Origin: the human T2T-CHM13v2.0 reference genome, Homo sapiens
Reading direction: 5' to 3' (one strand)
Assembly (NCBI RefSeq): GCF_009914755.1
Contig: NC_060930.1
Length of the DNA: 64,000 bases
Position 1 is the stretch's first letter. Each line of letters opens with the position of its first letter. Position numbers and translations under genes: made by a program. Positions 58,553 through 64,000 of this stretch are shown in pieces. The notes under the pieces are model-generated. The model worked only from the letters and a program-made list of their open reading frames with translations, ran no database searches and was not told where the DNA came from.

Positions 58553-58929
58553 GGATACAGTTTGGCTCTGTGTCCTCACCCAAATCTCACCTCAAATTAT
58601 AATCCCCATAATCCTCAAGGGTCAAGGGCGGGGCCAGGTGGAGGTGATTGAATCATGGGGGCGGTTTCCCCCATGTTGTTCTCGTGATGGTGAGTGAGCT
58701 CTCACGAGATCTGACGGGCTCGGAAGCGTCTGGCCTTTCCCCGCTTGCACTCACTCTGTCCTGCCGCCCGGTGAAGAAGGTACGTGCTTCTCCTTTGCCT
58801 TCTGCCATGACTGTCGGTTTCCTGAGGTCTCTCCAGCAATGCAGAACTGTGAGTCAACTAAACCTCTTTTCTTTATAAATTATCTGGTCTCGGTATTTCG
58901 TCACGGCAGTGTGAGAATGGACTAATACA
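58553..58929 (+). mobile_element. THE1/MST-type MaLR solo LTR (THE1D-like)
   Basis: GATACAGTTTGGCTCTGTGTCC...GGACTAATACA; CTTGG flanks. Confidence 0.88.
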
Positions 58930-59033
58930 CTTGGGTTACAATTTTGGCAGACAAAATTGTGTTTTCTGTGTTTAGAATTACCAAAAAAAAGTAGGGAGAT
59001 GGGGATGGTTTACATATAATCTACTCCTCTTAA

Positions 59034-59321
<288 letters not shown>

Positions 59322-59989
59322 TAGTGTCCATAAAACTCTAATTATTTTGCTGTCATTTAAATTTTTTTACTATTTAAAAATTTCACGTGTAATTACAGAT
59401 GGTACGTTTGTTGAGAAAACATATGTACCACAGTATTTGTAGTCAGAATTCAGAAATAAGCACTGTAATGTTTTAGTGTGTATCACATTTCACGTCATTT
59501 CTATGCAGAAATAGACCACATGCCACAGAGTGAACTTTGTCTCTAGCCTCAGCTTTCTCATCTCTAAAGTGGGGAGATCCTCTCCTGCTTCACGGAGTTG
59601 TTGTTAGGATGGAATGAGCTCGTATCAGTAAAGTGCTGACAGCACTGTATACTAAGTTTTGGAAATGGAATTTAACTGTTTTATAACCTGCTTACCAGGG
59701 TTTGGGGCCAGACATAAAATTCATGCACCCCACTTTTGTCACATTCCACTGGAGAGAGCTGAACCTCAAACTCACACCAGACTCCAAGAGACACAGAAAA
59801 CATAGTGTCCTGAGCAGGCTGACCCAGCGTAAGGCCAGGACTGCAGAGAAAGGGAAGCAGGTTTTGGTGGAGAGCTGATCTCTGCCCCAGGGTATTTTAC
59901 CATTTTTCTATGTAAGTGTTAATATTTTGCTTTTCGATATATGTGTGTTCTTTATAAATGAGGGACAGCAACCTTATGACTCATGTATA

Positions 59990-60053
59990 TTGCAAAATTT
60001 TTCTTTGGTGTCACTTTTCACTTGCAAAAATTTTCTTTGGTGTCATTTTTCAC
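59990..60053. repeat. 32-bp tandem duplication
   Basis: TTGCAAAA(A/T)TTTTCTTTGGTGTCA(C/T)TTTTCAC x2. Confidence 0.88.
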
Positions 60054-60084
60054 TTTTAATTTTGTTCATGGAATTTCCTATTTT

Positions 60085-60383
60085 TATTTGTTGTTGTTGT
60101 TTTAGACAGAGTCTCTCTCTGTCACTCAGGCTGGAGTGCAGTGGTGTGATCTCGGCTCACTGCAACCTCGCCTCCCAGGTTCAAGTGATTCTCCTGCCTC
60201 AGCCTTCTCAGTAGTTGGGATGAGAGGCGTATGCCACCACACCCAGCTAATTTTTGTATTTTTAGTAGAGATGGGGTTTTACCATGTTGGCCAGGCTGGT
60301 CTTGAACTCCTGATCTCAAGTGATCCACCTGCCTTAGCCTCCCAAAGTGCTGAGATTACAGGCGTGAGCCACCGTACCCAACT
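60085..60383 (-). mobile_element. AluS
   Basis: TSD GGAATTTCCTATTTTT on both sides. Confidence 0.93.
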
Positions 60384-61579
60384 GGAATTTCCTATTTTTT
60401 GAAAAAACTTTTTGTAATATATTCACACATGTGACAAAAATGCATTAGAAAATAAAATTGCTCAGAATTCCACAACTACAAATGGCAATTCTGTTGCCTT
60501 GACGTAGTTGTGTGTGTTCCTTACACACTTGGGTTTATACTGTATATTCTGTAGATAATTTTATATCCTGCTTTTTAATTTAATATTATATTGTGAGAAT
60601 TTTCCCATGAAGCTGGAATTTATTTAAAAACATACTTTTATGACTGCTTGTCAAAGCAGATGTCGTCACTCCTGTCATCCTGGGCTTAAAGGTGGACTCT
60701 GCTTGGTTTCCTTAGGTTGAATTTCTAAAAGAGAAATTACTTGTATCAAGGACACACAGAGAATGAGAAACGTTTGAAGCGGTGGTTATCCTAAATACTC
60801 TAATTTGATTATTAAGCATCGTATGCACAAATCAAAATATCACATGTACCTCATCAATATGTACAACTATTATGTATCAGTTAAAAAATGAATACACCGA
60901 GTTCTACTCGTCATGGACATTCAGCAAGGTTAGTGAGTCAAGCCGTTGAGGAAGCCGCTTTAAGACTGTGTCTGTAGAGTAATGAGCCACCTTAAAAACC
61001 TGGTCAAGAAACCATGTACTTTGAAATCCATCAGTTTTAGAGTCAGAGATAAACCACTGTTTGAAATAAAGGGTTGTTTTCAAATGTATTATTTTTAGAA
61101 GAATTCAGAACATCTAAAACTATGTTAGAAACCAAACTTACTTCGTCCTGTCAGACACCTTGATGACCCAGTTAACAAATATTCCTAAGCTATGCTTATG
61201 TGTTCAGTTCTATGCCAGAAACAGAGATATTAGACATAGCCTCTACTCTCAAGGAACGCACACCTTAGCTGTTAAGCGGGGCAGAAAATAAGAAATACAT
61301 GAGAAGCTAAATAAACACATGTGTTTGATAATAATCTAAAGAAAGGCACAGAAGCTGAGATGGAGGGAGCAGCTGAGGCTCATTAGTGGCTGAGCATTGG
61401 AACAGGGATCAACCAACTTCTGCTTCTGAGGGGCCAACGTGACCATTCCGAGGGCCGCACTGACTCTAAAACAAGCCTCTTCGCCCCGATGAACTACACT
61501 CTGATGTCCAGTGGCCCACAGGCTGTTGTTTCTTTACGTTTGTTTTGAACTTCCCTTAAAGAATAAATATAAGAAGCAG

Positions 61580-61725
61580 GGCCTGGTGCATACCTATCAT
61601 CCAAGCTCTTCAGGAGGCTGAGGCAGGAGGATGGCTTGAACCCAGGAGTTCCAAGATGCACTGAGCTATGATTATAGCACTGCTCTCCAGCCTGGGTGAC
61701 AGAGTAAGACCCTGTCTCTAAAAAT
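61580..61725 (+). mobile_element. Alu monomer (FRAM/FLAM-like)
   Basis: Single-arm GGAGGCTGAGGCAGGAGGAT...GACCCTGTCTCT. Confidence 0.75.
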
Positions 61726-64000
61726 GAAATTTTTAGAAGCCATAAAACTTTCTCATTCATTCCTCATAAAAATGAAGCCATGTAAATATGACTCTTGGGA
61801 AAGAGCAGATATTCAACGTGGTAGAATATGGGATCTTCCATAGAGTGGCTGATGCAATGAAAAACATATACAATTGTAGCAGTCAGTTGTGCCCCTAACA
61901 TTTGCGGGGCCCCAGGCAAGAGCGCACATGGAGGCCCACGCACCATAGGTTTAAATATTTAAAAGTTGCTCACCAAACTGATAAATATGTCCATATCCTC
62001 CTGCCTTTGCAAATATACCTTCATCATGACCTGAAGACAAGGTTCAAATGTAAAATTTCTGGGCACCGTGAGGTTAACAGCACAGTATGTAGCAGTGCAG
62101 GACGCTCCTGGCCTCTGGCCTGCCCCCTCCTCTTCTCACCCCAGCTCCTGAGTGGGCTCTCATGCATAGGCTCGGCCTGCTTAGACCACATGCCCAAGCT
62201 CTGTGCGTGACTCACAACAGCTGCCTGTCTTCACCCCTCAGGCCCACGGGTGGTGTCACCTGCAGTGTGGTGCTCCCCAGGAAGACAGATCCTAAGGAAT
62301 CCCTTCATGCAGGACCTGAAAGTGAGAACAGAGCAACTTGGGCAGGAAATTTGGGGTCCCAGTTACCTGGAATGTGGTCTACAGAAAGACACATGAGCTC
62401 CAGGTGACGTCCTCACCCCAGTGGGTAGGGGCTGGATTGGGGCCCTGTAAAGCCTGGGGCCAGGGCAGAGCTGCCTCTCACTGGGTCTGGGTCAGCCAAG
62501 AGCCACCATTTGTGGAATGCACTCTGTGCTGTTCTCTGTGCTCACGTGTTGTAATTTCCACGTCACAGAGTTTTCAGGGCGCTTGCTCAACTCACAGCTG
62601 ATAGTGGCAGAGCCAGAATTCCATCACTGGACGGCCGTCTGACTCCAGAATCCGTGCTCTTCCTCACACTGGTTTACCATTTCTCATTAAAGGCTGGGAA
62701 GCACTGGATTGGATTATCTCACGAGCCCACTTCCTTCCCAGTGATACTCTTCAGCCGTGTGAGCAGGGCAGGCCCAGCATCGCCACCTCTGCGATGAGGA
62801 GGTGGTCCAGACAGTCTAAGGTTCAGACCTGCTGACTTACGTTACACACGCTCCAGGCTAAGTTCTGTTACTAAACACTCCGAATCTGGGTTTATTGACC
62901 ATTTGTGAACACGGGTTATGGTGTCCTCATCTGAACTTTCTCCGGATGATCTCCCTGAGTCAGTAGGAATGTTGAAATGACTCCATCCAGGTGAACTTTC
63001 ATCCTCATGGAAAATATGTGGTTCTCTCCTGCTGCTGGCAACTCACAGTGTGGAGTAAACACATTCCCTTGGAAATGCTTGTAATTCTAGGTTTTTCCAA
63101 CATGAAAGTATTTTATCAAAATAATGCTTAGTCTAAGCAGTGTTTTTTTCTGAGTTTCGACATCTTAGCTCTATGGATCATATTTTGACTAGGGCTATGG
63201 CCCAGTGTTGATCCCATTCCTTCACTGCTGGGTCTAGGAGCAGTAACTGAATTACTAGAAAGCCTTTCACGCTTCCTCTATGCAGGCCAGCTTGGGAACT
63301 TTGATAAAGAACCTTGGGAAAAAGCAACCACTGTAGGGCTCACAGCCCCTCAGCAGTAAGGCCAATAGCCCCTGACTGTGCCTGCATGCCGCAAAGGCAC
63401 ATAGGATAACATTGAGCTAAATTAAATTTATAATGTATTTTCTATCCCCAATATTACTCCCCTAAGGTCTAGTTAACGGGCAAAGGACTGAGTACTGGAT
63501 GGTAGGATTTGGGTCAGCTGGGTAACCACCTGGCACAGTTCTGAACAGTGTGGCCGCAGGGGCGAGTTTCATATGATGGTCCACAGAGGAGCGATTTCAG
63601 TCTGTATGTGTTTCCCTGGGCAGTGGCAGGATGGGTTCCTGTTTACTGTTCTCATTTGTCCGGTTGTGAAAGAGTTTGTTTCATTCTTTTTGTTTGTTAA
63701 CATCTTCAGCCCTGCAGCAACTAACCTCCGGGCTCTTCAGATAGTCTTGTGAGGTGAGAGCGGCAAGAATCCAATGTGGTCATTTTTTAAATTTTAATCT
63801 CAATCTTTTTTCCTTTTAGAATACTATTCAGTAACAGTTTAGAGCCGTAGACCAGCATGCCTTTAGCAAAATGACCTCATGACTCGGCATCCCAAGTTGT
63901 GAGTTCTAGTCCTGGTTGTGCCACTTTCTAACTTTCACTTCGCGCCTCAGTTTTGTTAATGTCAATTGGAGATAGAAGTGTTTGCCTTGCATACCTGGAG

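Overview
Human (or great-ape) genomic DNA, identified from Alu, L1PA, LTR12 and THE1 repeats. From recall of the protein, it is the PXDC1 (C6orf145) locus on 6p25. The left 25 kb holds coding exons 1-4 of PXDC1 on the minus strand (ATG 24469; exon CDS lengths 256/92/118/112 nt; all GT-AG; frame continuous). The last exon lies off the left edge. The promoter is a CpG island with a TATA box, and an out-of-frame upstream AUG overlaps the start. Just upstream are nested ERV1 LTRs and an Alu-interrupted FUNDC1 processed pseudogene that still has an intact 34-codon LIR-containing micro-ORF. Further right are three co-oriented LTR12 solo LTRs, many Alus (including a head-to-head pair 16 bp apart), a ~1.5 kb TG-rich low-complexity tract and a THE1 LTR. 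The introns carry two strong, divergently oriented CTCF motifs and an unexplained ~190 bp diverged duplication. Nearly all other ORFs in the supplied track are repeat or GC artefacts. No prokaryote-type system, CRISPR array or RNA gene was seen. Repeat subfamily calls are from memory of consensus sequences, not from a search.
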